Shown here piece after piece: positions 14,021 through 29,559 of a DNA stretch of 64,000 bases. This stretch comes from Blastocystis sp. Blastoise. Its lineage: Eukaryota > Protista > Bigyra: Opalinata. The translations under genes were made by a program, and so were the position numbers. The notes beneath the pieces were generated by a model that was given only the letters and a program-made list of their open reading frames with translations, was not told the DNA's origin and did no database searches. Location: positions 1,318,072 to 1,382,071 of the forward strand of contig JBBPEB010000005.1 of NCBI GenBank assembly GCA_039096225.1, read 5' to 3'. Each line of letters starts with the position of its first letter. Position 1 is the first letter of the stretch.

Positions 14021-16979
14021 TTAATTAAATAAGAACTATAGGATGAATTATCAGAAAAAAATAAAAGTGTTTTGAAAACAAGAAGATTCTCTTAATTATT
14101 TGTTAGAATCTCAGTGAGAAAATGGTTTGTGTTGTTTAAAATGTTTTTGTTAGAATTTTCTTTGATTTCTTTGTTGTTTTGGGAGTTATGTGTTATTTAT
14201 AGTGTTAGAAGATTTTGTATTTGAATGATTATGCTGATTGTTGCTTATTATTTTAAAATAATTAATTTAATTTTGAAATAATTCATTTAATATTTTAGTT
14301 AGATGAGTATTGTAATGAGTATATAAAAGTTTATGTGATAGATTAAATAGTATTTTATTAGTTAAATAGGAGAAAAGTCTTTTAAGTTTAATTTTGCTTT
14401 AGAATTGTTTGTTTTATTGAATTATTTTTGATTCATTGTATTATTTAAAGCATTTTACATATTATTTGAAATCAATAAATTTATTTTATTGATAATTATT
14501 GCTATGAAAACTGAATGATTATCATAAATCTGAATCATATGAATAATATAGCATCTATACATTTTACAGTTCACTTTAAAGCCATTCAATACTTTATAAT
14601 TTTTCTTATTGAATAAAAAAATGAAGAAAACAATAGAATCGTTTTTTCCCATATTTGTACTGCTCTTCTCCATAACTTGCAATATAATATTTTTTGGGTA
14701 TTTCTACCAATTTTTCTTCTTTTTTTTCCTTTATCGTTTCTTTCCATCATATAGCATAAGGATACTAACAAACAGCTGATATCACAAAACTGACAACTCA
14801 AGTCGGGAAAGAAACACAATTATTAGAATGTCTATATAGAATATCAATGAATAGAAACTCTGGTATTTGACCACCATTTCTCTTGTATTATACATAAATT
14901 GACTGATTGTAAAAAAGTTGCTAATTCAACTGTTTTGAAAATAGTATAAAAATAATTATAGCTATACCATCGGTATTTCCCAAGAAATCAGTAAAAGTGA
15001 TCTTATTCGTCAAGTGAGAATTCTACACTGTCTACAGTCAAGTCTAAAAACAATGAAAACCTATTGGAGTCAATAAACAAAGAATTCTTCTACAATTTCT
15101 CGCTATTTACCTAGTTTTTAAATAAAATATTCTTTAGAAGCTATGTTATCAAAACGAGTCATAAAAAATAGTAACATTTGTTTAATTTTTCTATATAAAA
15201 AGATTGTTATTTTACGTCAATACGACTTTTCCCATGAATCAGCAAACGATATTCAGAAACTCTTCATTCATTTGTATTCGTTGCTTTTTGCAAAATACTT
15301 TGGCTATCCTTTTTTATTTTTCATTTTATTCTATGAATATGGAATATAATTATATAATTTATTATTTTCTAATGAGTATTTTATGTGTATTCTTCATTAG
15401 TAGATTTTAAAAAACATAATAAAGACAATTATAGTGATTCCATTTTAATAATGTTGTCACTTTTTAGTATAAATTGTTATATAATGTTTATCAATATTAA
15501 AGATATACATAAATGAATTTTATAGGATTAAAAGAGGAAATGATAAAAATAATAGTTTATAAAATTGTATTAAAAACATTTTGTAAATATTTTAGAAACT
15601 TTTTATTCTAAAAATTTATTATTTTTATTTTAGAATGATAAACGTATTAAATCATTTATAAATGTATTATTCTATTCTATCTACTTGCTAACTTGTTTAA
15701 TTGATTAAAATGAATACATAAAAATCACTGATTCTCAAAGATGAGTATATTTTTCTTATTAATAAGTTAAAAATAAAAGTTATTCACAATGTATTGAATA
15801 CATATAATAACAACTAATAAAAAATAACTAAGAAAAAACATCAAAAATGATGTTCTATAAAAATATATATGAAGAGTCTTTACATATCAATATCAGTGTC
15901 ATAAAGAAATATAAACTCATAGATTTATAAATGATTTATTATATGAAGAGGATCTTTATGTATTTAATAATGTGAACTATTTCTTCAAAATACTTTATAC
16001 AATAAAAAGTAACAATGAAATGCTTTTAGAGAATTCAGTAGATGAATCAACTTCATATTCTTCCACTGTTTTCAATCTATGTACATGAATAGATTCTTGA
16101 TAAATATTAATTCATATATAATATAATAACTACATAAATAGCATGAATATCAGGAAATAAAGATGAATTGCTTGTTTCAATTGGTATACATAAGGTATAT
16201 TCATGTTATAATATACAGAAATGTGATAGAATAGGTTTTTATAACTTTATAGAATATAATATTGCTATTATTTCAAAAACAAGCGGAGAATCACTGTTAA
16301 TTGCTTCTATCTTGCTGAAATTCCAGTAGAGAATAAATAATTAATATTTCATGACATCATAAATCATCATAGACTTCTTAAATAGCTGCTCATGAAGATC
16401 AATATAGGATTTTGAAAATAATTTGTTGAAGAATTGTGAATATTTGACTTTTATTTGAAATATACTTTGCTAACATTTGATTAAAGCAGCCAATAATACA
16501 TTCATTTATGTTTATTCAGTAATTTTGATTCTTGTATTTCTTTTTTTGATTATAATAATGAATTCTTTGAGTATATCCATGTTCTTTATGTATTTTAACT
16601 AACATATTCAACTATATCGAATTAAATAAGTTATTTTAACGATATAAAATGAATAAATAAAATTTAAAAGAAATAATATTTTTCACTTTTCAATTTTTCG
16701 CTTTAAAAAAATGATATAATCGTGATTCTTTTTTGATATATGTTTATTCACTTTGAAATGCTATATAATTGCACTTAATATCAATTAGTAACTAAGAGTA
16801 ATTCCATATATGTCTTTTCTACAAATTTGCAAGTTTTAATTTTTCTTGCTTTCATTAATTTATTATTTTTATTCTAGGATACAACTATTTTCAAAGTATT
16901 TATTGAATATATTATATAGAAATGCATTTCCGAAGAATAATACTTTATAATTAATTATTTTTATAGTTGAATTTGCGTG

Positions 16980-19900
16980 ATGTCAGAAAATAAGTCTTTA
17001 TTAGCAGAAAATAAATGTATGTGAGTATGATTACAACTAATTTATATGTTTTTAGATTTATTTACATTTCAAGATGAGACGCAATTATGGATTTCAAGAG
17101 AATTTATTGAGAATTATTCTCAATTCCCCTTTCATGATATTATTCAACACTCTGAACAATTTAAGGATGGTAGCTATTATATAAATATGCTTCCATTTCA
17201 TATAGAAAAAGTGATTTCATTGTTTAATGATAAAAATATAGATATTTCTTCTTTAAATCTACGAGACACTTATGATATATATAGAACACTTCTTGAATAT
17301 TCAATTACACTTGATAATGAAATTCAAAGTGATTTATTCTTTCATATTAAAAAAATTATTTGCAGAGTATCTGAAAGAGAATGATTATGAGATATTTATA
17401 GGTTATGACAATAGAAACCTGTTGGATGATGATTATCCTATTGAATTATTTGATTCAGATTGGAAAAAAATAAGTATAAAAGGTATATTTATATTATTAT
17501 TTGCAAATAATATGTATAGGCTTATTTACACAACAACGAAGAGAAGAATTATTCTATTATTCATTACTTATTAAACTGATGAATATTATTATAGTTGAAA
17601 TTGAATGTAAATAGATATTAAAATAATAAATAAATATATATAGATGATTATGCCTCAAATATTCCATTAGAATATATATGTCCATTGTATATTCAAGATA
17701 TATTCCCTTCATTAAACGAATTAACAATAAATAGTATATATATACCTTTGTTTTACTATATATATATAGTAACTACAAGTAGTAAACAAACTGAATTAGT
17801 ATTGAATCCAAATAGTGATGAATATATAATGGAATATGCTCGCCTATTCTATAGTGATGACTATGAAATAAGTAAACGTAAAAAATATGAGTATTACACC
17901 GAATCAGAAATGAATGAATATAATAAGATTTCTTCTTTAGATACTAAAAATATTTATTATTCTCGTGATTTGATTGTTTCTTATAATAAAAAAAGAAAAC
18001 AAAATCAGTTACCAAAAATATTTAAAAATAGTATTAATGAAGTTATATATACAAATGATTATTCAGAAATCAAAAATAGTGAAATGATTTGTAATAATAT
18101 GCTTAAAGATACGGTTAGAATTACATTTGATAGTATATATATATATATAGAATTAAAACTTTTCATTTATAATCCTTATAATATATAATCAAGCATTTTA
18201 TTAATAATCCTTATAATATAGACCACAAAAACAATAAAAAATTGTGGTATTTTCTTATATATATATATTTTTATATCATTAATTTATTCTTATATATATA
18301 TCAAATAGTATTGATAAAGTGTCTTCAGAATGGGGTATGTCTCAATTATTACAACTTTGTCCTTATTTTTCTATTTCAGAAATATGGTTTAATACATGTA
18401 AATAAATACACTATAAACATAATATCAAACACTAGTACATTCCTATTCAAAATATGAGGCTATGATTATTATAAAATCATTGGAAGGTGTCTTTGATTCT
18501 TTAAAAACATTAAATATTAGATGGAGTATGTATTTCTAGTTATTATTGTCAATATTACTACTTTATATTATTATTTAATATAGTTAAAGAATTAAATGAT
18601 AAAATTAATAATAAACTGTTTATGAAAATAATGACAACTCACGTATTTCCAAATGTTACTGAAATTATATATGATGATGGTATAGATATATATTATATAA
18701 AGTATATATGATATATAGAATCTTTCAGATTGTCTTCAATAAAAAAAGAATGCTTCCCTAAATTACATATTATCAATTACAATGTTACAATAAGTAAATT
18801 TTTATATTAAAAGATATTCTAGTTATTATAGCTACTAGTAATTTTGAATTCCTTTTTCCTATGGATTTAATGTCAATAATTGATACTATTAGAATAAATA
18901 GAATTGATATCAACAATAACAAGGAAATAGCTACTCTTTTAGATAACCTAGTTTATAGTCATTCAATTCATATTGATGAAATTAATCCATTACTTTGTAG
19001 TATATATATTTGATAGTGTTACACTCTCTATACAATTACATTTCTTTGTTTTTATATAGATGGATTGATTTATTGTTTACCGCATTTAAAAGAATTATTA
19101 GAGAAAAATCTTATTTCCTTTGATAAAATTTATAGTATAATATATATATATATATATATATTAAAAAAATATTATTTTATATGCTATATATTATTTTTAT
19201 TCATATAAAGTTGATACTTCTGATTCTATAAATGTCAAAAAATTAGATTATTTTGAAAATTATAAACATAATATTGATCGTTTAGATATTACAGTCAGAG
19301 GTATTTATTTAATATATAGTCTATTTATAGTATTAATAATTATTTATAGATAATATGGAAGATGATATAAGAAATTCTTTAGAAGGATTTTTAAAGAGTA
19401 GTGTATTAGAACATTTGAATGAATTAAATATTTCATGTATATTCTTTATTATATAATATTATGTTTTGTATAACGTCTATAGTTGAAGAAAACATAAGTT
19501 TTGAATATTTAAAATGGATATCAAGTGCTTTTAATGATAATAAGATTACAGTTATTAAAAAATTAACGATTAATTGTATATTATATTATAAATATATGAT
19601 AATATATAGTACGCTATATCAAGGAAGACTCATTGTCTGAATATTTCACAATATTAGAAAACATAATGAATATACTGATTCCTATCGCTTCTATTGTTTT
19701 TATTTATGGTAATTATATATATATATGATGATTATGTTCAATAATAATTTTTTAATTAATTTAAATAAAATTATAAAGGAAATATGACAGATATAAATAG
19801 ATTGATTCTTAAAGGTTGTTTCCATAATATAACTGAATTATCTTTATGTATATATATATTCTACAAACAAAACGTTTCAATAGAAAACATGATATATCTG

Positions 19901-20766
19901 ATCTTATTTTAATATTTGTATTATTATAGACCCTGATGATATACCTGATGAACACTTTTGTGAACTATATACTACAGATAGTTTCCCTAAGTTAAAATTG
20001 ATCAAGTTTCGTATATATTTATAGTAACAATAAGATATATATTATAAATTATGAATCTTTGTGTATTATTTCTTTATTATATAATTTCATTTTATCAATA
20101 TTATATATATTAATAGGAACATTTAGAGACAATGATTGGTGGAATGGTTTTATCCAAAAAATATGTATATATATGAATCATGACAACTTTTCATTATCAA
20201 CTAGTATTCAATTAATTTGTATGTCAATCCAAATAATACTATATTATTCATTAATGTTATTAATTCTATAGGTGGTTCTTCTTATACGTATATTTATGAT
20301 CCTAATACTTCTATTCTTCGATGTAAACAGGATACTCATTCACTTATGGATACAGTTAAATGTACAGAAGGTACATATATGTAACTAATATGTATTATAT
20401 AATATGTAGATAAAACAATAAATGAATATGAAATAGAGACATTATTTGATTGTATAAATGAAAATAAGACGAAAAGTTTAAAAAGTTTAGAAATATGTAT
20501 ACATATATATAAATATTTTAAATTATACTTTTTTATAGATATTTATAATGAGGAACACTTATTAGAATTGATCAATTTTATAACTACAAGAAGAATTCCT
20601 AAATTGAAAGAATTTATAATTCATATCGGTATATTCACAATTATATATATCTATAATGTTTTGTATAGATGAATATATTCCAGATGAACACATTAATTCA
20701 TATAAACAACGATTGATTGATTCTATGTTTATTCTAGAAAATCATGTGTATTATAAATTCGATTAA
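16980..20766 (+). CDS. Multi-exon gene with BTB/POZ-like N-terminus and leucine-rich-repeat-like C-terminal region; possibly a pseudogene
   Basis: Starts MSENKSLLAENK|YLFTFQDETQLWISREFIENYSQFPFHDII..DGSYYINM. Later exons carry LRR-like motifs (FPSLNELTI, FDSLKTLI, FPNVTEII, FPKLHII, FPKLKLIKF, IPKLKEFII). Many GT-AG introns; TAA at 20764-20766. There is a +1 frameshift in the A7 run at ~17349-17355 and an unresolved segment at ~18130-18430. Confidence 0.65.
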
Positions 20767-22590
20767 ATTAAGTAAATTCTTTTATATTTGCTTTTTGTTG
20801 TTGCTTTATATATAATCTATTTTTTTTTCTTATTTAAAAAAATATTTAAATTTCTATTAATTATATATATATATAAATTTATTATTTTATTTGAAAATGA
20901 TGGAATAAAAATAATCAGTATATATGTTAGCTGTTGTTTTCAGTATTTGATGTTTTTAAAATAACATATTATTGTTTGCTATGAATTCATTGTTTTATTG
21001 TGCTTATTAGGTATTCTTAAAGAAGAATAAATACTTCAATAGATATATTCTTATACAAAAATAATTTGAAATAATTTTTGGTAAAAATGTTTAATAACTG
21101 TTAACTACTATATATGAAGTATTAAAAAGAAAAAAGACTGTTTTGGATCTACTTTTTATGTTCTAAAAGAATTATAAATTCAAAATATATAAAAAATTAT
21201 TTGTTTTAGGGTTTCTTATGTGTTATAATATGTTTGTTTAACAGTTTATAAAAGTAGTTTCAAAGTAAGCTGTAGAAGAATAGAGGAAATATGTTGTTTA
21301 TATAAGAATCTTTTTTCATGCTTAATATATAAAATACCAAATAGTTTTTTGTATATGTATAATTAAATATCATATAGAGACTTTGATATAAATAGATTAA
21401 TAGTATAGTATACCATCCAATAGAATTATACATGTTTATAAATATTGAAAAAATATGTTTTTATGATTCATTATAAATGTAAAATATATTTAAAAATTAC
21501 AGTTATTAAATGTATATATGAATTGCTATACTTGAAATCATTTTATGTGCTATTATATCATAATTTAATTATTTATTATATAATTGATATTGTTTAAATA
21601 AGATAATGAATAAGAAACGTTCTGTACTGGGAGCTAATCATATTTGGTCTATAGATGAATATGGTAAATATATATAAATTAAGTATCTTAGATAATAATT
21701 TTTTGTTGAATAGTATATAAAAATAAAAGTGATAATAATTGTTTGGATGGAAATAATATACTCATTTACATGATAATTATAAGGAGTATAAGATATATTA
21801 TGATTAATTATTTTAAAGAATAAAAATAGAAAAAAATAATGATTTTTTAATTAACTAGAAGGATATTGAAATTGAAAGAAATAAAATAATTTGAATGGGT
21901 AGAGAATTATATTATGAATGTAATAAATATATAAAAATATTAAATCGAGGATAGAATTGGAATGATTAGCTAAAGAAACATCAAAATTATAATTTAGATC
22001 AGTGATTCATGTAGTTCATTGCTATTTAAATAATATTAAATATATATTTATGTTCAAATAGATCCTATGAAGAAGATTTGAAACCAAAATGTGAATAAAA
22101 GTAGAAATTCAAAAGTAATTAATGAAAATTATTAATATTCAGAACACTCTGATTAAATACTAATATAAAATTGACTTGTTACCGTAGCTAATTGAACAAA
22201 GAATGATAATTATTTGTTTATTTTGATCTATTTTAATGTTATTCTTGTAGATTACATGATTTATAAATAAAAAAATCAAATATTTTTCTTTATAAATGCA
22301 ATTTTATTGAATAATAAAGAGATTTAAAAAATGAATAAAAAAATTTGCAAATAATCTATATTTATTTTAGAATAAAAGTCAATGAATCAAAAATAATCGT
22401 GAATTGGTGAAAATCTAGTTTTTTATAAATATTTACGATTATTATTATTTTTTACGCTATAAAAATATATTTCACAATTGAGTTATTTAACTAGAATTTT
22501 GAATAAGAGAGACATGTTTCTCTTTATAAGATAGAAAAAGAGTTTTTTAAAGGAGTTTTCACTTTTATTTTATTCCTTTGATTGTTTAGA

Positions 22591-24164
22591 ATGGTGAAAG
22601 AGAAGGTAGAATTTGATGCGAATAAGATTGGTGATATTCAGAAGGATGTAATTCATTTTGAAAGACTGATTGGTGATTTGATTGGTATTTTAAGTAAGTC
22701 AATAAGTTTCTGTATTCATTCAGGTGAATCTATAAATGAATTGGTAAAGCAATCCGTAAGAAATTGTGAAGGAATGAAGGATAAGAATGGTGATGATCCA
22801 CATATAATTATCCAAGAATCTTCTTTTCTGAATGAAAATGATTTAAATATGAATAATAATGATAATGGAATTGATTATATTCGATTCACAAGTAGTGGTC
22901 CAGCTTATTCTCTTCCTAAACGAATAACAAATAGTTTAGTAGGAACATTTTTATATGAATATTCTCAAGAAGATAAAAGAAGTGTTGATGGTACTATTTT
23001 TTTTGATTATCGTGGTGATGAAACACTTTTTCCTTTATTAATTGATTCTTTAATGAATAAGAAAATAAATATTGATAAATTGAAATTTGGTGATCAAGTT
23101 GATTTATTAAAAATGTTTGAATATTGTGAATTACCTATTCCTGAAGAATTAATGAAAACCTATTATAGAAGAGATCATGGTGTGAAACAATATAAAGAAG
23201 GTGATGATGTTATTCTATATATAAATGATAAGGAAGATGATAGATTAAAAGATTACTTAAAGAAGAATGGATTAATGAATAAGATTGTTAATGAATATGG
23301 TAATGGATATGTAGATTATGATGAAAAGAATAATGAAATGTATATGAAGATGAATTATACATATATTGATCATATTTATGAATATATTCAATATAATTGT
23401 ATTTATATTTCTAAAGAAGAAACAAAAAATATAAATAGAGAATTATTAGAGAATGAAATGTATAGATTATTTGGTGATAAAGTAATAAATATAGTGAATG
23501 AATGTATAATTCCTCATTCATATTTCCTGTATACACGTATAATTACTAATGAATATTCAATGGAAATTCCCTTAATGAATTGGCTTGGTAAAGAAAAGAA
23601 ATGGAAATTATTATTTAGGTATATTTATATTTTATTAGTATTATATCGTTATATATATAGAGCAAGTAAACATGATTTCTTAGCAAGTGAATTCCATAAA
23701 TATTGTGATGATCAAGGAGAGACAGTAACTATAATCAAACATATAGGTCATAATAATCATATGAATGTATTTGGAGGATATACAGATCAAAGTTGGGCTG
23801 GTTCATGTAGTATATTTATTTATTTATATAATTATTCAATATCAATTATATAGGCTATAAATCTCATTCTAAAGAATTTCTATTTACTTTAAGTAATGAA
23901 CATGGTATTCCACCTACTAAATATGATAATATTAATAGTAGCTATGGTATATGTTGTTCTTCTTCTTATGGTCCAACATTTGGAGGTGGCCATGATATCT
24001 GTATATCTGATCAATGTCATAGTAATTCTAATTCTTATTGTAATGCACGTTCTTATTCTGAAGTGAAAACTCCTCAAAAACATTCATTATTTGTAAATAC
24101 AAATAACTCTAATTCTCAAAATAATTATAAAGTAGAAGATTATGAAGTCTGGGGAAGAGCATAA
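22591..24164 (+). CDS. BTB/POZ-like + TLDc domain protein
   Basis: Exons 22591-23618, 23661-~23809 and 23854-24164. TLDc motifs KKWKLLFRASKHDFLASEFHKYCDDQGETVTII, NVFGGYT, FLFTL, YGPTFGGGHDICI, EDYEVW. BTB-like DGTIFFDYRGD..LF..L..FEYCELP upstream. Confidence 0.9.
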
Positions 24165-25231
24165 AAAGAATAATAAATTACTATTTCATTTTTATTTTCT
24201 CTCTTTATATATATTGTTTTCTTTTCTTTATTGAGAAAAGTTTTTTCAATATATATATATTATTTTTAATAAAATATAAAAAAAAGTTTTGTTAATTGTT
24301 TTCTAACTGCATTTATACAATTAAAAGTTTATCAATATTAATTAGTATATAATACTTTCAAGAATAAATAAATAGCTTTTTAATAAAACTATTTTTAAAT
24401 ATATTTATTTTATAGATATATAACAAAGGATAAGATATAAATTATAAGAATAAAAACAATAAAATATATGAAGGATAGGAATTCTATGATAATAATAAAC
24501 ATCAATACATTATTGTTTATTTAAATAATTAAAAACAATACTTATTGAAACTTCAAAATAATAAATAGTTATCTATAATATAAAATGAAAGATGTTTCTA
24601 TTGTTTTATTAATCAAAAATTTAATACTTTTTATAAACAATTATAATAAGAATACTATATATATGATTATCAATTTATATACAATATAAATAAAAAATAA
24701 ATTATATCATTGAATTATAAAAATTTAAATATAAAAAAGATTAAAATAAATGTATAGAATGAATATTATTTAAAAGAAATGAACAAATGTAATAAAATAT
24801 TAATAATAAAACTAAATGATTTTTTTAAATATAATAAAAAATAGTTTATAAACAAGAATAAGTTGAGAATAGTATAGAATTCATGAATAGTATACAATTT
24901 ATATAAAGTAGCTAAACGAGCATTTTAATACTATTTATAACTAATATAAAAATAGTATGATTATGAAAAGAGTTTTTATTATGATGAAGAGTATAAATAT
25001 AAATGAATAATAGAATAATATAGAAAATTTGAATAAATAATAAAAAAGATAAATTTGGTGAGATATATAAAAAATAATATCGGTGTCTTGCCAATATTTT
25101 GTGGTACTTGTTGTGACTATCACAGAAAGACATTTAAATCTAACTTAATACAGTGAATAAAAAATATTTTACATTGTTAAAAAATAACAAATGTGTCACT
25201 TTTTGATGACAATTGTTGTAAAAAAAGTGTC

Positions 25232-28200
25232 ATGGAAGAGAGAGATTATTATTATTATTATTATAGAGAACAGTTGGTGAATATATTTTCTATTATGGAT
25301 ATGTTTATACTATAGATTAAATGAAGAGAATCATGTGATATTCTGATTAATGCCATTTTATAAAGATGATAGTTTTGTATATATGTATTATATATATATA
25401 ATAATGTAAAATATTTTATCTATTTGTCTCTTCTTAGTTATATAGATATACTTGACATTTAATAATTTATTTATTATCTTTGTTTATGTTTTTATTTTTA
25501 TCAAGTATATCTACATATATGTAGTTTCTCAACTACTATTTTGAATCTCTATATATTTCTCTCTAATATTTTAAATTAAATGTTTTTATAAAAGTTATAG
25601 AACAACAAATATTATATATCTATATAGATTTATATACATTATTATCTTCTAAGAGTTCATACCTTTCATATTCTTGCCTTCAAATCATTATTCTTACACT
25701 TACAACAATTCATATCTCCCATTTACAAGCATTATATTCTTAAGGTTTTCAATAACTTGATGTATATAAATATATTGTATAATATATATATATATAATAT
25801 ATATTGTTTGTATAATATGTATCTATTATATATATAATAATAATAATATATATATATATAGTACATAAATATTATATAGAGGATGATTCATCTTATTCAT
25901 TTGTAGGTCCATTTGATATATTTAATATACTTACTACCTTGATAATGTATATATATATATATATATTTCTAACAATAAAAATTTATAAGAATATATATAT
26001 ATATAGAGAGAGAGAAAACAATTCAAATATTAATCATTAAATAGCTATTTGAATGTTATCCTATATATATTTATATATCCTATATTTGGTCTTTATTATT
26101 TAAAATGGAATTATTTTTTGGAATAAATTAATTGAATATTATATTTGAATTTTTAGCTTTGAAAATAGCTTATATTTGAATTATTTTTATGTTAAAAAAT
26201 GTCTTATTAATGAATATATAAATATATAGATTTATATAAGATATATTATTATCTAAGAATAAAAGAAATAAATTGTTGTATATGGTTTAGAAGTGTTAAA
26301 AGAAAGATATAAACATTATTAAATATACTAAACTTATATATATATTGAAATATCGATTATAAATGGAAGAAGAACTATTCTATAGGTATATATATATTCT
26401 TATTATACTTATAATTAATATATTTATTCTTATTATAGTTATATATTATTTATATATATTTTATATAGTCATAAAAATATTAATGCATCTTGAACATCAT
26501 TATTTTATTCTCCTATTAATGTAGTTACTTATATTCTTCTTTTAAAAATAATTTATGAAATTCTTTTTAAAAGAATAATATTATGATTATAGAATAGTCT
26601 ATGACATTAAAGTATATAATGTGATGAAACAGATTCATACTGAATTTGAAGAAATTCTTAAAGAAGAAATATTAATATTATTGTTATATATAATAATAAA
26701 GATAATATTATTGTATCTCCTTCTTCTATGCCATCCTCACAACAAAAAAATAAACCAAATCAAGCTTCTATTTCACATTGGAATAACACATTATTTACGT
26801 GATTATTTATGAATCGAAACAGTCCTTCTGTGCTTTCAACTCTGAAATCTCATTCACCTATTCCATTTCGTTCAATGTCTCCTTCTATATCTCCTTCTCC
26901 TTCTATTAATAATACAAATATTTCTCCTATTACAACTATACATAGATCTTCATCTACTATTCCTTCTTCTTCATCTCATTCATTTACAGATTCTTCTAAT
27001 AATTCAACACAACCTTTATCATCTTCAACTATACCTATATCAAATGATTATACTCAATCATATTCTTCTATTCAAGAAAAAAATATATATTCTGATACAT
27101 ATATATATCTCAAAAGACATGTTTTCCTCTTCTAATATATTTAACTACAGTAAATGAAGAAGATAAGTCAAATCTTATAAGTAGTAATATTTTTGTGAAT
27201 ACTAATAATAATTCAAATAAATAATAATAATTCAAATAACTTTATATTAAATAATAAAATAGCTATAAACCATTATAATGATTCAGAAAATGAGTATATA
27301 AATAAGAATATATTAAGTCCTATAATTCTTAAAGATAAAGAATTATTTAAAAGAAGAATAGTATAAATAGAATACCTCAAAATAATCGATTTCATTCAAA
27401 TAGTATATCTACAGTATATGATAATAATATATCATTAACAGATATAGCAGAATCTTCTAAAATAAAACATTCATCATTACGTCTTCTTAGTCATTCTTCT
27501 TCTTCTTCTTCTTCTATTCATAATTTATCTTGTACTACATCGTATTGTTTATCTACATATATATACATAATCAGTCTGAAATTACTCATTATAATACTCC
27601 TATTGCTCTTCTTCCTTCTTCTAAATATATTTTATATAATATAGATTTATATTCATCTAATCCTTCTATAGATATACATTATTCAAATAATAATAATAAT
27701 AATAATAATATCTCAGATAATAATAATAATAATGAAGATAATAATCCTAATATTCAATCAAATGATATATTAGATTTGACAGAACATTCTTTTAATATAT
27801 ATTCCATTATCTATATCAACAGAAGATCAGAATTATACTATTAATAATTCTGCAAAGAATGATAATACTATCTCATATAATGAGAAGAATCAATCCTTAA
27901 TTCACATAAAAGAAGAACGTAAGATTATGAAAACTGAAACTAATAATATGATTTATAATACTAATAGTATTATGAATAATAATAATACTAATGAAAATAA
28001 TATCGCATACAATAATAATATGGTATTTATTTCTACTATTAATAATATGTCTTCTACAAATAATAATGTTATTACTACTAACAATAATATAAATAATAAT
28101 TTTATAATTCCAAATAATAATAATATAAATAATAATTCTATGATTGCTACTAATAATAATATTTATATTCCTAATGCTACTACTATTACTATTTCTACTT

Positions 28201-28661
28201 TTTTAATCCTATACATACTACTGTTAGTAATAGTCTTCCTCCTACATCATATACTATCCATTCTTTATCTAATCTACACAATACCATCTTTCTCTATGAC
28301 TTCAGAATCTCTTTCTTGTTATCATAATAATAGTTCTGATATGAATCATTTAACTAACTCTAATAGTATGCCTGTTCCTACATTCTCATCTAAATCAATT
28401 ATTACTAGTACAACGACTGATCCTCCTATTACTGCTATTACAACAGCAACTACTATTATTACTACTATTACTCCTACTATTACAACAGCAACTACTATTA
28501 TTACTACTTCTTCTACTATACCTTCTTATTATAGGACTAAACGAAGTCATACTATTTGTTTATCTCCAATTCAATCATTACCGAATTCCCATCACTATTA
28601 TTAGTTACTACTACTATTATTACTATATCTTCAAATTCAAGGCTAACAATCAAAACTAATT

Positions 28662-28712
<51 letters not shown>

Positions 28713-28981
28713 TGAATATAAATAATAATGAGGGTGTTACTTATCCTATTTCTCCTTCATTTCTTTCTTCTACATGTGTTTTTATTTGTTGAAGGACGAC
28801 TAAATATTCTTCATTATCCTATTATATAATATTTCCTTTAGAAATAGGGAATCAATCTTATAATCATAATAATAATAATATTTAAATAGATATTCATAAA
28901 GACATTAGTAATATTAATGATATTATTGATGTTAATACTACAGCTAATAATAATAATTCAAATACTAATAATAAAAATATA
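25232..28981 (+). pseudogene. Decayed multi-exon gene with Ser/Thr/Asn-rich low-complexity region
   Basis: Exon/intron-like alternation (gtatat...tag) and protein-like frames interrupted by many stops. 26005-26690 is paralogous to 44616-45310. Confidence 0.6.
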
Positions 28982-29559
28982 AAGAATGATGAAAATGATT
29001 AAGATTTATTATTCATACTATATTGAATTTTATAAAAAATAATATTAATGATATTATTATACAAATAGAATCATTCTTATTTGATTAATATGATATTTAG
29101 TTATATAATATAATAAAAATATATATTTAAATGAATTGATGATAATATTTGAATAGAATAATTATCAAATATAGTTATTGAATAATATTAAATAATGTAA
29201 ATTTCTATAATACTAATATATTAGATAGATAAAATTGATGATAAACATATGATGATACATGAAATAGAAGTGGATTGTAAACTGTTATAATATATATAAT
29301 AAAATTTCATTCAAATTTTTTTATTAGATTCAGTTTTGGGTACCAAAATAACCGAAAAAAAAAATAAAATCGATCTAATATATTCCCAAAATGGGTATGT
29401 AATTCAACTAGATCCAAAAATATATTTTGTTTTTCTAAAAAGAAAAAAAATATAAAAAATAAAGGAAATTTTTCTATTATTTTTCTTTTGAAATAAAGAT
29501 TACTTTTTATAATATATATTCTGAATGAATAATTAATATAATTATTTAATTTTTTTACT

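Noticed and set aside
14450-16600. Short ORFs and a stop-ridden minus-strand frame, possible transposon relic
   Set aside because: No recognisable motif or terminal repeats; cannot support a call.
21231-21238. TGTTTGTT motif (Blastocystis polyadenylation-created stop signal)
   Set aside because: Not adjacent to an open gene end; both flanking genes have genomic TAA stops.
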